A DNA stretch of 64,000 bases from an uncultured Chloroflexia bacterium (GCA_963766655.1 CAVYBB010000001.1:44306-108305); one strand, 5' to 3'; counted from the first letter of the stretch, positions 9,052 through 18,729 are shown. The notes: a model not told the origin generated them from the letters alone. A program made the numbers and translations.

Positions 9052-9315
9052 GTCGTTCCCTTCCCGAACGGTCGAGCCCTGACGCTTCTAGGTGGATCGT
9101 CGGCTCGACATGTCTGGTCGGGACCGTAGGACGGCAGTCGCCGCGTTCCAACGGAGCCAGCACAGCCCTCCGCGCAGTGTTTGTCCGGGGACCGGGAGAG
9201 GGTCTGCCCGGAGGCGGGTGCCGTAGGATGGATTCTCGATCGCCGACAGGTCAGCCCAGCCGCAGCCCCCTTCGATCGGCGCGTCAACCCGTGATCGACC
9301 CTGGAAGGAGCGATC

Positions 9316-11103
9316 GTGATCGGTCGGCCGACCTCCAACTGGGTTCGCGCTTTGCTCCTGGTCACCGCGGCCGCGCTCGGTCTGGGGATGCTCGCCGGCA
9401 ACGCTCAGCAGGGTGCGCTCAGCCTCGGGACGGTGCTGGAGGTGCTCGTCGGCTGGTCGTTCGTCGCCTGCGGCATCTTCCTCTGGGCCCGCCGGCCGGC
9501 CAACCGCCTCGGACCGCTGATGACGATCGTTGGGTTCTTGTGGCTCTTCGGCCGGACCATGACCCTGGTCGCGAATCCCATCGTCTACACCGCCGGCCTC
9601 TGGTTGACCGACCTCTGGGCGCCCGCGTTCGCCTTGTTCCTCCTGTCCTTTCCGACCGGCCGCCTCACCTCTCGAGCCGACTTCGCGATCGTCGGCGTCT
9701 TCCTGTTCGTCACGGTCCCGCTCGAGTTCATCTGGCTCCTGTTCCTCGCCCTCGACAATGGCCTGAACGCGCTGGGCATCGCACCCAACGAGAGCGCCGC
9801 CCACGTGATCGATACGATCCAGCGAGACCTGATCTCGCTTGGCTCCGTGCTGCTCGTCCTCGCGCTGGGTCGGCGCTGGCTGCGATCGAGCGGGCCGGTA
9901 CGGCGCCAGATGACGCCCGTCCTCGTGGGCGCCGTCGCGGTCCTCCTGCAGACGGCGTCGTGGATCTTCCTCTCGTCCGGCACAAGCCTCGAGCCCTTGG
10001 ACGACCTGATCTTCCTCGCCCAGATCGCGATCCCGATCGCGGTCCTGTTCGTGATGCTCCAGTCCCGGATGGCCCGCGCCGGCGTCGCGGACCTCGTCGT
10101 CGAACTAGGACAAACACCAACACCGGCCCGCCTCCGCGATGCCTTGGCCAATGCGCTTGGTGACCCCAGCCTGCAGGTGGCCTACTGGTCGCCTAGCCAG
10201 GATCGACTCCTCGATGCGGGCGGCGAGCCAGTGGTGCTGCCTGAGGACGGTACCGGCCAGGCCGTCACGATGCTCGAGCGGAACGGCGTGCGGGAGGCCG
10301 CGATCATCCATGACGCGATCCTTCTCGAGGATCCAGGCCTGATCGCCTCGGTTGCCAGCGCGATGCGGCTGGCGGTCGAGAACGATCGGCTGACCTCCGA
10401 GGTCGAAGCACAACTCCAGGAGGTGCGCGCGTCGCGCACACGGATCGTGGAGGCCGGAGATCGGGAGCGCCGGAGGATCGAGCGAGACCTTCACGACGGT
10501 GCCCAGCAACGGCTTATCTCGCTCAGCCTCGAGTTACGGGCGGCCCGGTCCAAACTCGGTGAGGCTGGCGACCCGGAACTCCGACGCAGCCTCGATCGGG
10601 CAGCCGATGAAGCGCAGGCGGCACTGGTGGAGTTGCGCGATCTGGCGCTCGGGATCCACCCACTGATCCTCACGGAAGGCGGCCTCGGCGAGGCCATCGA
10701 GTCCCTCGCCGATCGCACGCCGGTCGACGTTTCAGTGGACATCGGCTCGGAGCGCTATTCCCCGGCGGTCGAGGGCGCCGCCTACTTCGTCATCTCGGAG
10801 GCTTTGGCCAACGTGACGAAGTATGCGAAGGCGACCAAGGCAACGGTGCGGGTCCGGGGGCTCGCCGATCACCTGACGATCGAGGTCAGCGACGACGGCA
10901 TCGGTGGCGCCGACCCCCGATCCGGCAGTGGCCTGCGTGGTCTTGCCGACCGTCTGGCTGCCTTGGACGGGACGACCACAGTCGTCAGCCCGGTCGGTGG
11001 CGGGACAACGATCACCGCCCAGGTCCCCACCATTCCTCCTACGGCGTCCCCCGTGCCAGCCCTGTATGCGCCGGCGACCTCCGATGACACGATGGAGGCA
11101 TGA
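9316..11103 (+). CDS. sensor histidine kinase (HisKA_3 / NarL-partner type) with a multi-TM N-terminal domain
   Basis: GTG start. H-box ERDLHDGAQQRL, and ATPase motifs EALANVTKYA, DDGIGGA, GSGLRGLADR. Confidence 0.9.
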   Translation: MIGRPTSNWVRALLLVTAAALGLGMLAGNAQQGALSLGTVLEVLVGWSFVACGIFLWARRPANRLGPLMTIVGFLWLFGRTMTLVANPIVYTAGLWLTDLWAPAFALFLLSFPTGRLTSRADFAIVGVFLFVTVPLEFIWLLFLALDNGLNALGIAPNESAAHVIDTIQRDLISLGSVLLVLALGRRWLRSSGPVRRQMTPVLVGAVAVLLQTASWIFLSSGTSLEPLDDLIFLAQIAIPIAVLFVMLQSRMARAGVADLVVELGQTPTPARLRDALANALGDPSLQVAYWSPSQDRLLDAGGEPVVLPEDGTGQAVTMLERNGVREAAIIHDAILLEDPGLIASVASAMRLAVENDRLTSEVEAQLQEVRASRTRIVEAGDRERRRIERDLHDGAQQRLISLSLELRAARSKLGEAGDPELRRSLDRAADEAQAALVELRDLALGIHPLILTEGGLGEAIESLADRTPVDVSVDIGSERYSPAVEGAAYFVISEALANVTKYAKATKATVRVRGLADHLTIEVSDDGIGGADPRSGSGLRGLADRLAALDGTTTVVSPVGGGTTITAQVPTIPPTASPVPALYAPATSDDTMEA

Positions 11104-11456
11104 CCACGATCCTGATCGTTGATGACGACCCTCGATTTCGAACGCAGGCGCGCGATGTCCTCGAGGCCGATGGCTTCGTGGTGATCGGCGAAGCGGTCGA
11201 CGGCGCCTCCGGCCTCGAGGCCGCCCAAACCCTGCGGCCTGACTTCGTGCTGCTCGACATCGGCCTCCCGGACGTCGAGGGATTCGAGGTGGCGAGGGCC
11301 CTAGCGGTTGATGGACCGCCTCCGTGGGTCGTGCTCACGTCGAGCCGCGACGCACGGGCCTACGGGCGGCGCCTGACGAACGGTCACGCTCTGGGCTTCA
11401 TCCCCAAGGAGCGGATCTCCGGGGCAGCCATCCGGGCGCTGGTCGACCGCCCATGA
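11100..11456 (+). CDS. stand-alone response-regulator receiver protein
   Basis: ATGA overlap with the kinase stop. Receiver motifs ILIVDDDP and LLDIGLPDVEG, with no output domain. Confidence 0.85.
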   Translation: MTTILIVDDDPRFRTQARDVLEADGFVVIGEAVDGASGLEAAQTLRPDFVLLDIGLPDVEGFEVARALAVDGPPPWVVLTSSRDARAYGRRLTNGHALGFIPKERISGAAIRALVDRP

Positions 11457-12121
11457 CCTTGCGCCTCGTCCTCGCCGATGACTCGGTGCTCGTTCGCGAA
11501 GGGGTCGCCCGACTTCTGGCCGACGCCGGTTTCGAGGTCGTTGCTCAGGTCGGCGACGCGGACGCCCTGTTGCGGGTGACCCGAGAACATCTTCCGGATG
11601 TGGCGATCGTCGACATCCGAATGCCTCCGACCCACACCGACGAGGGTCTCCGCGCGGCCCAGGCGATCCGCGCCGAGCACGGCGTTTCGGTGGGCATCCT
11701 CGTCCTGTCCCAGCACGTCGAGCCGTCATTCGCGTTGCGGTTGGTGAGCGACGGGGCGGGTGGCGTGGGATACCTGCTCAAGGACCGCGTCACCGATCTG
11801 GACGATTTCGCCGACGCCATTCGTCGGATCGCCAAGGGCGGCTCAGTGATCGATCCCGCGGTCGTCGCGGTGCTCGTCGGCCGGCGGGCGCGCGTGCCGC
11901 TCGACGACCTCACCGAGCGCGAGCGCGATGTCCTTGCCCTGATGGCCGAAGGGCGCTCGAACCAGGCGATCGGCGATCGCCTGTCGATGGCGCGAAAGAC
12001 CGTCGAGGCCCACATCGCGAACATCTTCTCGAAGCTTGAGTTGCCACCCGCGTCCGACGACCACCGCCGAGTGCTCGCGGTGCTCGCCCACCTGCAGGGG
12101 TCCGGTCGAGCGAAAGGCTGA
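11453..12121 (+). CDS. NarL/LuxR-family response regulator
   Basis: ATGA overlap with the upstream gene. Receiver domain plus HTH LTERERDVLALMAEGRSNQAIGDRLSMARKTVEAHIANIFSKL. Confidence 0.9.
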   Translation: MTLRLVLADDSVLVREGVARLLADAGFEVVAQVGDADALLRVTREHLPDVAIVDIRMPPTHTDEGLRAAQAIRAEHGVSVGILVLSQHVEPSFALRLVSDGAGGVGYLLKDRVTDLDDFADAIRRIAKGGSVIDPAVVAVLVGRRARVPLDDLTERERDVLALMAEGRSNQAIGDRLSMARKTVEAHIANIFSKLELPPASDDHRRVLAVLAHLQGSGRAKG

Positions 12122-12285
12122 GGGAGGAATTCGACCGACATGTCGAGCTTATCCAGGGACTCCCGACGTTTCTGCCGATGGCCGGTGCGATTTGAGCGTG
12201 GCGCGGAGTCCGATTCTGTCCATCCGGCGGGCAACCAGGTTGAACGTGCGGGGGGCAGTTCCGGTGAACGTCATTCGCTCAGACA
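12122..12285 (+). repeat. intergenic repeat family, copy B (5' part)
   Basis: Starts on the nucleotide after the response-regulator stop. Shares GGAGGAATTCGAC...GTCGAGCTTATCCAG...GCCGATGG.CGGTGCGAT.TGAGCGTGG...CAGGTTGAAC with copy A. Palindrome TGAACGTCATTCGCTCA at 12265..12281. Confidence 0.7.
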
Positions 12286-12601
12286 ATTCAAGGCCGTCTA
12301 GCACTACCCCGGCGGAGCACGCCCGGCGACAATCCGGGCGAAGGGGAGTAGACCCGTCGCTCGCGCGACGCGGGTGGATCGCCATACCCGGCTTCGGCCC
12401 GGTCCCCCAGCCTCACCTCGAGGCGGACGAGACCTTCGACATGCCTCGCGTGGTCGAGGTGGCCCACCACGCAGGACTCGTCGGTCGGCCAACGGCCACG
12501 GCGCTACGTCTGGCGCGCCGCCATGGTCGTCGCGTCGAGCCGATCGGCTGGATCGCAGTCAGATGCACAGGTGGGCCTTGCGCAAGGATCGGAGGGAGAA
12601 G

Positions 12602-13075
12602 ATGGATGCGACAGGGAAGCGCGAGCAGTCATCGCGCCTGCCGCCGCGTTGGTTCATCCGGACGTTCTGGATCGTGCAGCGTGCTCTCTACTCGATCACG
12701 CGCGGCCGGTTCGGCCTACAGACCGCGACGGCCGAACGCCAGGGCATGCTCCGACTCCGGACGATCGGGCGTCGCACCGGTGAGGAGCGGACGGCCATCC
12801 TCTGCTACTTCGAGGACGGTCCCGACCTGGTCACCATGGCCATGAACGGCTGGGCCGATGCCGAGCCTGCCTGGTGGCTCAACCTGCAGGCGCATCCCGA
12901 CGTCACCGTCGACCTGCCCGGCGGGTCGCGCGCCGTCCATGCACATGCAGCGGACAAGGACGAGCGGCCGCGTCTGTGGGCGAGGTGGGCCGGCTACGAC
13001 AAGGATCTCGACGCCTTCGCCGCGCGTCGCTCGGGGGAGACCGCGGTCGTCATCCTCTCGCCCCGACCCGAGTAG
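12602..13075 (+). CDS. deazaflavin (F420)-dependent nitroreductase family protein (DUF385/PNPOx-like)
   Basis: ATG 12602 is preceded by GGAGGGAG. Contains LRLRTIGRRTGEERTAILCYFEDGPDLVTMAMNGWADAEPAWWLNLQAHP. Confidence 0.75.
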   Translation: MDATGKREQSSRLPPRWFIRTFWIVQRALYSITRGRFGLQTATAERQGMLRLRTIGRRTGEERTAILCYFEDGPDLVTMAMNGWADAEPAWWLNLQAHPDVTVDLPGGSRAVHAHAADKDERPRLWARWAGYDKDLDAFAARRSGETAVVILSPRPE

Positions 13076-13086
13076 GGGTCCTCACC

Positions 13087-13242
13087 GGACCTCGAGCATC
13101 TTGCCGCAAACGGATCGGCGTCAGGTTGTACATGCCGGACCGAGTCAGCTGAACGTCATCCGTTCAGGTAACTCCGGGATCAACGGTATCGGGCTCAACG
13201 ACCGTTGGGAAGGGAAGTGTTCCCAACCGTTCCCGCTACTCC
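13087..13242 (+). repeat. intergenic repeat family, copy C (3' part, shortened 5' part)
   Basis: Starts about 12 nt after the stop at 13075. The stretch 13117..13242 is near-collinear with copy A 648..773. Palindrome TGAACGTCATCCGTTCA at 13150..13166. Hairpin GGGAA/TTCCC at 13212..13224. Confidence 0.75.
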
Positions 13243-13328
13243 AAGATCGCCTGCCGGTGGCGCCGCGGCTTACATCCGCCGGGCAGCCAAGGGGCGCTCG
13301 ATCGCTGACGTGGTCGTGCCGCCATGGA

Positions 13329-13997
13329 TCAGTCCTCGTTGTCCTCGAAGTCCGGCCAAGCCGCGATGTCGACACCGTGGTTCTCGGGTGACGCGAGCGT
13401 CCACCAATGGGGCGCATGCGTGCCGTCCGCCAGGCGTCCGCCGGCTTCGAGTGCTGCGGCGACTCGTGCTTCGGCCTGATCGGCCGGGACGCTGACGTCG
13501 ATGTGGGTCCGGCCACGCCCCGGCTTGGGTGGATGGAGGCGCTGGAACGATACGTACGGGTTCCGGCGGTGCCGATCGACGACGTCTTCGTTCGGTCCAA
13601 GGCTCCGGTACCCGAGGGCTGCGGCCCAGAACGGACCGACGTCGCTGCCTGCGTCCTGTGCCACCGCAATGCCCACGACCTGGACCTGGGAGGGGTCCGG
13701 CTCGAGCCGCAACTCCCGAGCCGCTGCCGAAATCCGGCGTGCCAGCTCGACATCACGATCGCTCAGGGCTCCGTACTCGCCGGAGGCGGTCCGGACCGTG
13801 ACGCCCTCGGGTCGCACGTCCACGTCCGGGAAGTGGCCCACAACCTCCGCAACGTCGGCGATCGCGGCCACGAACCTTGCTGCTTCCGCGAACGATCCGA
13901 CACGGAAGTAGGCGAGTGCGCCAGAGAAGAGGACCCGCCAGTCCTCGACTCCGTCGGCGTCGTGGAATGCCCGGGCAGTCGTTCGCTTCTCACTCAT
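13329..13997 (-). CDS. pterin-4a-carbinolamine dehydratase-like / VOC (glyoxalase-like) fusion protein
   Basis: 222-aa ORF with high GC3. The N-terminal half has PCD-like HFPDVDVRPEGVTVR. The C-terminal half is glyoxalase-fold-like. Confidence 0.55.
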   Translation of the reverse strand: MSEKRTTARAFHDADGVEDWRVLFSGALAYFRVGSFAEAARFVAAIADVAEVVGHFPDVDVRPEGVTVRTASGEYGALSDRDVELARRISAAARELRLEPDPSQVQVVGIAVAQDAGSDVGPFWAAALGYRSLGPNEDVVDRHRRNPYVSFQRLHPPKPGRGRTHIDVSVPADQAEARVAAALEAGGRLADGTHAPHWWTLASPENHGVDIAAWPDFEDNED

Positions 13998-14142
13998 GGG
14001 GCAATGCTAGGCAGGCAGCCCGGCTTCATGCAACGCGCTGAGGCGCTTCGGAAGAGGCCGAGGCTGAGAGCGGCGAGGGCGATGAGTGCGCTGGCGGCGT
14101 TGATGATCGCTCCGGCGCCAGCGTGCGCGCCCAAACTGAGGG

Positions 14143-14826
14143 TCAGGCCCTGTTCTCGGCGGAGAGGTCCTTGTCCTCCATCTCCCACGCATGGTCGAGC
14201 GTGTGGAAGGCCGAGTGGCGGATGAGGAACGGCAGCGTCCACGACCGCATCCGCTTCTCGACCTTCCCGGCGTTGTAGGCGCGCATCGCCGCGACGTAGG
14301 TCTCCCGATGCTGGCGCAGACCATCCGGGGTTAGCGCAGCTTCTTCCGGTATCCGCAACCCGACCTGCTTCGCGAATTCCTCGCTTTCGTTGCGGATGAC
14401 GTGGCGGATGATCCGGGTGCGGTCGCGGCCTCCGCCACGCGGGCCCTTGCGCATCTCTTCCGAGACCCGCGCCGCGACGCCGTCGAAGTACGCCCAGGAT
14501 GCCCTCAGTAGCGTGATCGCGCGATCGAACTCCGCCTCGCCCATCGGGCCGTGCTCGGTCGAGGACGGCGAGAAGGAGATGCCCCAGAAGTCGACCGAAC
14601 CGGTTCCGACCCGCTCCTCGACGATCTCCAACGGACCGGCGGCGTCGAACTCGCGTGCCATCCCGGCGAGGTCCGCGATCGGTCGATAGCGCTCCCGATA
14701 GGACTCGAGCGTCTCCACGGCGAGATCGGCGCTTTTGGCGCCCCAATTCCAGCCGGGCCAGTCGAGGGCGAAGGCCACCGACCGCTTGTCCTTGGGGCCG
14801 CGTTCGATCACGGTGCGGACAGGCAT
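14143..14826 (-). CDS. conserved hypothetical protein
   Basis: 227-aa ORF with protein-like composition and high GC3. Family not recognised with confidence. Confidence 0.55.
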   Translation of the reverse strand: MPVRTVIERGPKDKRSVAFALDWPGWNWGAKSADLAVETLESYRERYRPIADLAGMAREFDAAGPLEIVEERVGTGSVDFWGISFSPSSTEHGPMGEAEFDRAITLLRASWAYFDGVAARVSEEMRKGPRGGGRDRTRIIRHVIRNESEEFAKQVGLRIPEEAALTPDGLRQHRETYVAAMRAYNAGKVEKRMRSWTLPFLIRHSAFHTLDHAWEMEDKDLSAENRA

Positions 14827-15158
14827 GCATTGAGTATTGCACTAGAACCGCCAGGTCCGGTCAGGTGAACTTCGCGGCATAGGCATGGGCGCCGATCCAA
14901 GCACCGCGGCTCTCCGAAACCGAGCGGTCGGCAGTCCTGGGAGGCACGGCCTCGCACGTCTACGGGATCGAGGCACCGGCGGGTTAGCCAAGCGAGTGCC
15001 GGGCTCGCTCCTCGAGGCGCCGCCACGATCACGACCGGGCCGGGTCTTCAGCCTCATGCGTTCGTCGCTGGACTCGAGGGACGGGTCGCTCCGAGGCGCG
15101 GTTCGGGCAAGACTGGGCCCGCCCCTTGACCTGCGCCGATTGGGCGCTACCATGCCCC

Positions 15159-15183
15159 GATAATGATACCGGCAATGATTACG
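15159..15183. promoter_or_regulatory. tandem AATGATACCGG / AATGATTACGG motif (candidate LacI-type operator)
   Basis: Read directly. The same 13-mer core recurs at 20196..20208. This site lies about 200 nt upstream of the sugar-binding protein gene. Confidence 0.4.
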
Positions 15184-15382
15184 GAGGGAAGCGGAGGAGG
15201 ATCGCGACCGACGAGGGCTGTTTCGCTCTGTTCTTCTTGGACTGACTTGTGCGGGCTTCGGCCCGTGGATGGAAAGGCGGCAACGTAAGCGACCTCAGTC
15301 GCCCGGGGCGGTTGCCGCTCAACTTGCTCCAAGCCGCATCAGCCGCTTGGTTCTCGCCACGAATTTGAACAGGAGCAACGAC

Positions 15383-16837
15383 ATGTCTTTGCATCAACGA
15401 AGTGCGCCCCGCACGTTGAGGGGAGTGTCCGCAGCCGCAGCCTGCGTCGCACTAGTGGTAGCGGGCTGCTCGGGCAATTCGCCCAGCAACGGTCCAACTG
15501 GAACCGCTGGCCCTGGAACGGCCAGCAACGCTCCCAGCAACGGTCCAAGTGGCCCCTCGGGCTCTGGAACCGGCAGCCCGTACGGCTTCGCCACCGTTGC
15601 GCAGGACCCGACCGCCAAGATCACCATCTGGGTCGACGCCGACCGCTCGGCCATCGCCGAGGCCTTTCAGAAGGACCACCCCGAGTGCCCGCTCAACATC
15701 GAGACCTACGACGCCAGCGCCGGGGGTAGCGACACGTTCCACACCAAGGTCTCGCTGCTCGACCAGGCCGGCTCGGGCTGGCCCGACGTCGCGTGGTCGG
15801 GACAGGTGAACGACGCCAGCTGGAACGCCCATCCTCAGAACGGCGTTCAGGCCTTTGCCGCGCCGCTCGACGAGGGCGTCGTTCCCCAGAGTTGGCTCGA
15901 CGGCTACACGCCGGGCGCGCTCGACCCTGTCACGGTCGACGGCCATGTCTACGGCGCCCGCGACAACCTGGCGCCCGTGGTGCTCTGGTACAACAAGACC
16001 CTGTTCGACCAGTTCGGGTACACCGTCCCGACCACCTGGGAGGAATACCAGGCCCTCGGCGACAAGGTGGCGGCTGAGCACCCCGGCTACGTCCTCGGAT
16101 CGATCGGCGATCCCTTCACCGCCGTGCTGACCGACATGTGGGCCGCCCAGGCGCCGATCTATACGGTCGACGGCACCACCTTCACCAGCGACTTCTCGGA
16201 CAGCCACTCGACCCGCATGATCGCCCTGCTGGACCACATGTTCGCGAACAAGACCCTGGCGATCGAGGGACTGTTCACCCCCGACTGGGTCTCGAAGTGG
16301 AAGGGCAAGGTCATGGCGATCCCTGGCCCAACGTGGTTCACGGGAGCCCTCTTCCAGAACAAGGACAACATCGCCGGGCAGCCAGGCGAGTGGGGTGCCG
16401 GCCACGCCCTCCACTGGGCTGGCGAGCCAATCGGCACCGGCAACGTGGGTGGCGGCTTCTGGTACGGGTCGAGCCACTCGGCGAACCTCGCATGCGTGGG
16501 TACCTACCTGCAGTACGTGACGAGCGGACCCCAGTCGGTCAAGCTCATCACGGGCCTCCCGGCCTACGCCTCGACCGCAAGTGCGTGGTTGGACGCGCAG
16601 GTCACGGGTGGCTTCTGGGCCAACCCGGATACGTTCAAGGACGTCGTCAGTGAGGCAGCCAACAACATCTGGAAGGGCTGGGGTGCCACGCTCCCCTTCA
16701 GTTCCGAGCCTCCGTGGGCGGAGATCGTGAATCCGGCTCTTGCTTCCGGAAAGACCATTGCCTCGCAGGTCAGCGCTTGGCAGCAGAGAATGGCGAACGA
16801 CGCCCAGGTCAACGGCTTCACGGTCGTGACCAAGTAA
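15383..16837 (+). CDS. sugar ABC transporter substrate-binding lipoprotein
   Basis: AGGAG RBS, lipobox VALVVAGCSG, Ser/Gly/Pro linker, and a family-1 solute-binding fold. Confidence 0.85.
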   Translation: MSLHQRSAPRTLRGVSAAAACVALVVAGCSGNSPSNGPTGTAGPGTASNAPSNGPSGPSGSGTGSPYGFATVAQDPTAKITIWVDADRSAIAEAFQKDHPECPLNIETYDASAGGSDTFHTKVSLLDQAGSGWPDVAWSGQVNDASWNAHPQNGVQAFAAPLDEGVVPQSWLDGYTPGALDPVTVDGHVYGARDNLAPVVLWYNKTLFDQFGYTVPTTWEEYQALGDKVAAEHPGYVLGSIGDPFTAVLTDMWAAQAPIYTVDGTTFTSDFSDSHSTRMIALLDHMFANKTLAIEGLFTPDWVSKWKGKVMAIPGPTWFTGALFQNKDNIAGQPGEWGAGHALHWAGEPIGTGNVGGGFWYGSSHSANLACVGTYLQYVTSGPQSVKLITGLPAYASTASAWLDAQVTGGFWANPDTFKDVVSEAANNIWKGWGATLPFSSEPPWAEIVNPALASGKTIASQVSAWQQRMANDAQVNGFTVVTK

Positions 16838-16873
16838 GCGAAGGAACGCACCATCTCTCGCACCGACGCCATC

Positions 16874-17809
16874 GTGCCCACTGCCGCCCCGACAACGGGG
16901 CGGCAGTCGGCCGCTTTGCGCCCGCCAAGGCGGCCGCAAAGCGGAGCCCGCGCGCAGGCGTTCGCCGCCTACGTGTTCTCCAGCGGCTACGTGCTGCTGC
17001 TACTGGTCTTCGGCGTTCTGCCCATGGTCTTTGCCCTGTATCTCTCATTCACCAAGAGTGGGCAATTCGTCGGGCTCGACAACTACGTGAAGGCCGTCGG
17101 GGACTTCCGGTTCTGGCCGGCCGTGCAGCACGTCGCGGCTTTCCTGGTGATCTGGGTGGTGACCCTGACCGGGCTCGTCACCCTGCTGGCGCTCATCGTC
17201 CACGCCGTGCGCGTCAGGTGGCTTTCCTCTACCGCGCGCTTCCTGTTCTACATCCCCGGCGCGTTCGCGGGTTCGGCCAGCGTCATGCTGTGGCTCTTCG
17301 TGCTCAATCCCTCCGTCAGCCCGGTGTCCTTCGTCCTCAAGTGGTTCGGGTACACGAACTTCGTTCAAGTCATCGACCTGAACAACCTGCCCGTGATTTT
17401 CACGGTCATTGCGTTCTGGACCGGCGCCGGTGGATGGATCATCATCATGTACGGCGCGTTGAATAACATCTCCGACGAGATCATGGAGGCTGCCCGCTGT
17501 GACGGCGCCAGCGCCATCAAGACCGCTTGGTACATCCAGATCCCGCTGATTCGGAAGTGGATCGCGTACATGGCCGTCATCTCGGTCGCCGCCGGGACCC
17601 AGCTGTTCGCGGAACCCAAAATCCTCGCCCAGGCGAGCAGGAACCAGATCCCGAAGCACTATTCCCTCAATGAACTCGCATACGTCACCGCCTTCGGCCC
17701 GCAAGCGGACTTCAACAGCTCTGCCGCGATCTCGATGATGTTGCTCGTCGTGGCGGCGGGGCTTGCCGCGTTCTTCGTCTTCCGAGGAGGACTCTTTGAC
17801 CGCGACTAG
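16874..17809 (+). CDS. sugar ABC transporter permease
   Basis: Six TM segments and the EAA-type loop EAARCDGASAIKTAWYIQIPL. Confidence 0.85.
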   Translation: MPTAAPTTGRQSAALRPPRRPQSGARAQAFAAYVFSSGYVLLLLVFGVLPMVFALYLSFTKSGQFVGLDNYVKAVGDFRFWPAVQHVAAFLVIWVVTLTGLVTLLALIVHAVRVRWLSSTARFLFYIPGAFAGSASVMLWLFVLNPSVSPVSFVLKWFGYTNFVQVIDLNNLPVIFTVIAFWTGAGGWIIIMYGALNNISDEIMEAARCDGASAIKTAWYIQIPLIRKWIAYMAVISVAAGTQLFAEPKILAQASRNQIPKHYSLNELAYVTAFGPQADFNSSAAISMMLLVVAAGLAAFFVFRGGLFDRD

Positions 17810-18713
17810 AAGATCCGTCGTGCGGTCTGACTTCGCGCCGGGCCGCTGGCTCGGTCGCGTGACAGCTTTCCTGATCGCCGGATTCTTCGCGGTGTTCTTC
17901 GTCCTTCCCCTGGTTTGGCTCCTGCTCGCGCCGACGAAGGACACCCCCCAACTCAACGGCTTTCACGGCGAGGCTTCCCTGAGTTTCGGCTCCTTCGAAC
18001 AACTCGTCGCAAACTGGAACGAGCTGGTCGGGTTCCAGGATGGCCGCATCTGGACGTGGCTCGGGAATTCGGTGTACTACGCCGGGGTCGCGTTGGTGCT
18101 CACGCTCCTCGTGTCAATTCCGGCCGGCTACGCGCTGGCCAAGACCAACTTCAGGTTTCGCCGCGCAATCCTCATCTCGACCCTCATGGTGATGCTCATC
18201 CCGAACACGGCGCTCGTGCTGCCGGTCTTCCTTGAAATCAACGCCGTGCACCTCGTGGGGTCGCCGTTGGCGGTCATCCTGCCATTCGCGTTCTTCCCAT
18301 TCGGCGTCTATCTGGCGTATATCTACTTCTCCACGAGCGTTTCGCGCGAGCTTCTCGACGCCGCCCGCATCGATGGCGCGGGCGAGTTCGCGGTCTTCCG
18401 GCGAATCGCGCTGCCGCTCGCGATCCCTGTCGTCGCGCTCGTAGGCTTCTTCAACTTCGTCACCAACTGGAACAACTATTTCCTGCCCTTCGTGATGCTT
18501 CCGGGGTCGAAGACACAGCCCATTCAAGTGGGTCTGGTGGAATTGCTCGCGAATGTCCGGGAGTTCAATCCGACCACCGTCGCCTCCAACTCGATCCCGT
18601 TTCCACAGCTGGCGCTCGCGACGCTGATCTCCGTCGCACCGGTGCTGATCATCTTCGTGTTCTCGCAGCGCTTCCTCGTGGCGGGCCTCACCGCAGGCGC
18701 GACAAAGGAATAG
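17796..18713 (+). CDS. sugar ABC transporter permease
   Basis: ORF 17763..18713. A TTG at 17796 behind GAGGAGGA is the likelier start. EAA loop DAARIDGAGEFAVFRRIALPL. Confidence 0.85.
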   Translation: MTATRRSVVRSDFAPGRWLGRVTAFLIAGFFAVFFVLPLVWLLLAPTKDTPQLNGFHGEASLSFGSFEQLVANWNELVGFQDGRIWTWLGNSVYYAGVALVLTLLVSIPAGYALAKTNFRFRRAILISTLMVMLIPNTALVLPVFLEINAVHLVGSPLAVILPFAFFPFGVYLAYIYFSTSVSRELLDAARIDGAGEFAVFRRIALPLAIPVVALVGFFNFVTNWNNYFLPFVMLPGSKTQPIQVGLVELLANVREFNPTTVASNSIPFPQLALATLISVAPVLIIFVFSQRFLVAGLTAGATKE

Positions 18714-18729
18714 GTCCGCCATCGTGGAG

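Noticed and set aside
14851-14890. SRP/4.5S RNA-like string CCAGGUCCGGUCAGGUGAAC.
   Set aside because: It lacks the conserved GGAAGGAAGCAGC-type domain IV core and a matching closing helix.
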